A stretch of DNA of 61,955 nt, filler included, from Dimargaris cristalligena (taxonomy: Eukaryota), in assembly GCA_003614675.1 (NCBI GenBank). It is 13 parts of 13 records of this genome, joined end to end, with 100 filler letters (N's around TTAATTAATTAA, not from the genome) between each part and the next. Parts side by side here need not be neighbours in the genome. Positions count along the whole stretch, not along the records: positions 57,315 to 61,955 come from ML003745.1; 12 more parts are not named here. One strand, 5' to 3'. Below the pieces are notes generated by a model that saw nothing but the letters and a program-made list of their open reading frames with translations, made no database searches and had not been told where the DNA came from. Shown here one piece after another: positions 61,394-61,955 of the stretch. Both the position numbers and the translations under genes were made by a program. Every line of letters starts with the position of its first letter. The stretch's first letter is position 1.

Positions 61394-61955
61394 ATGTCAG
61401 CGCCACGCCCCGGTTACGAGGATGATCACCTCAACCAGCAACACGACTATCCTACGTCGCGACCAGGCCAACAGCTCCTGAGTCATGAAGAGGAGTTCAC
61501 TCCTGAGGAAGAGGCGGGTGCTATCCAACCCCAAATCTACGGCCCCCCACTCCCTTGGTACCGGCGTAGGCGGTTCTGGCTAGGCTGCGGAGGGGCCACC
61601 GTCGTGGCCATTGTCGCCATCGTCCTTTTAGTACTTTTCGTCATTTTCCCCAAAGTGGCCCAATCCTCCATCGATAATGCGGATATGAAATTCCGGCAAA
61701 TCCAAATTACCAAACCTACGGATGATTCTATGCTCATGGAAATGGACGCCGAAATGCTCAACACCGGCCCCGTGTCCGCCGACGTCACCTTCACGGAACC
61801 CGTTGACGTCTATTGGAAGAGTCAGCATTTAGGAGCGGTGGAGCTCAAGCCCCTCAGCATTAGCGGTGGATCGGGTCAAATGAAACAAACCTCCGTTTTC
61901 CGGATCAAGGACCAGGCCAACTTCGGTGAGTTTGCCAAGGCGATGATGAAGGAGT
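61394..61955 (+). CDS. DUF3712-type single-pass membrane protein, 3' truncated
   Basis: ATG 61394 frame open to window end: PWYRRRRFW, a transmembrane helix, then FVIFPKVAQSSIDNA...ITKPT...NTGPVSADVTF; not in the ORF track because it has no stop. Confidence 0.75.
   Translation, partial: MSAPRPGYEDDHLNQQHDYPTSRPGQQLLSHEEEFTPEEEAGAIQPQIYGPPLPWYRRRRFWLGCGGATVVAIVAIVLLVLFVIFPKVAQSSIDNADMKFRQIQITKPTDDSMLMEMDAEMLNTGPVSADVTFTEPVDVYWKSQHLGAVELKPLSISGGSGQMKQTSVFRIKDQANFGEFAKAMMKE

Noticed and set aside
1-61955. tRNA, rRNA or CRISPR arrays
   Set aside because: None recognised by eye; tRNAscan-SE or Infernal would be needed to exclude small RNAs

Overview
This window is not contiguous DNA. It is 13 contigs of about 4.6-4.7 kb, in decreasing length order, joined by artificial 100-nt N spacers containing TTAATTAATTAA. 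The content is fungal. From gene style and content I infer an early-diverging, probably parasitic lineage such as Zoopagomycota, which I cannot confirm. One contig (24019-28687) differs sharply in composition and intron density and may come from another organism. Housekeeping genes: a Fungal_trans transcription factor, COG7 (with an inverted 5' piece), an 18-intron SEC15, BCP1, NMD3, SPRTN, a PPR protein and a DUF3712 protein. Accessory content: several signal-peptide proteins (one with an F-box, and a two-member family sharing an RLI-W-FT-GxLCD motif), a PD-(D/E)xK-like nuclease fragment, Ty3/Gypsy remnants, a ~560-bp LTR family and a ~143-bp MITE family. The most notable signals are: (1) two retroelements carrying dUTPase in different pol positions, one of them fused in frame directly upstream of integrase and absent from the ORF track; (2) RIP-like C-to-T erosion at both CpG and CpA, confined to repeats; (3) a secreted F-box effector candidate.
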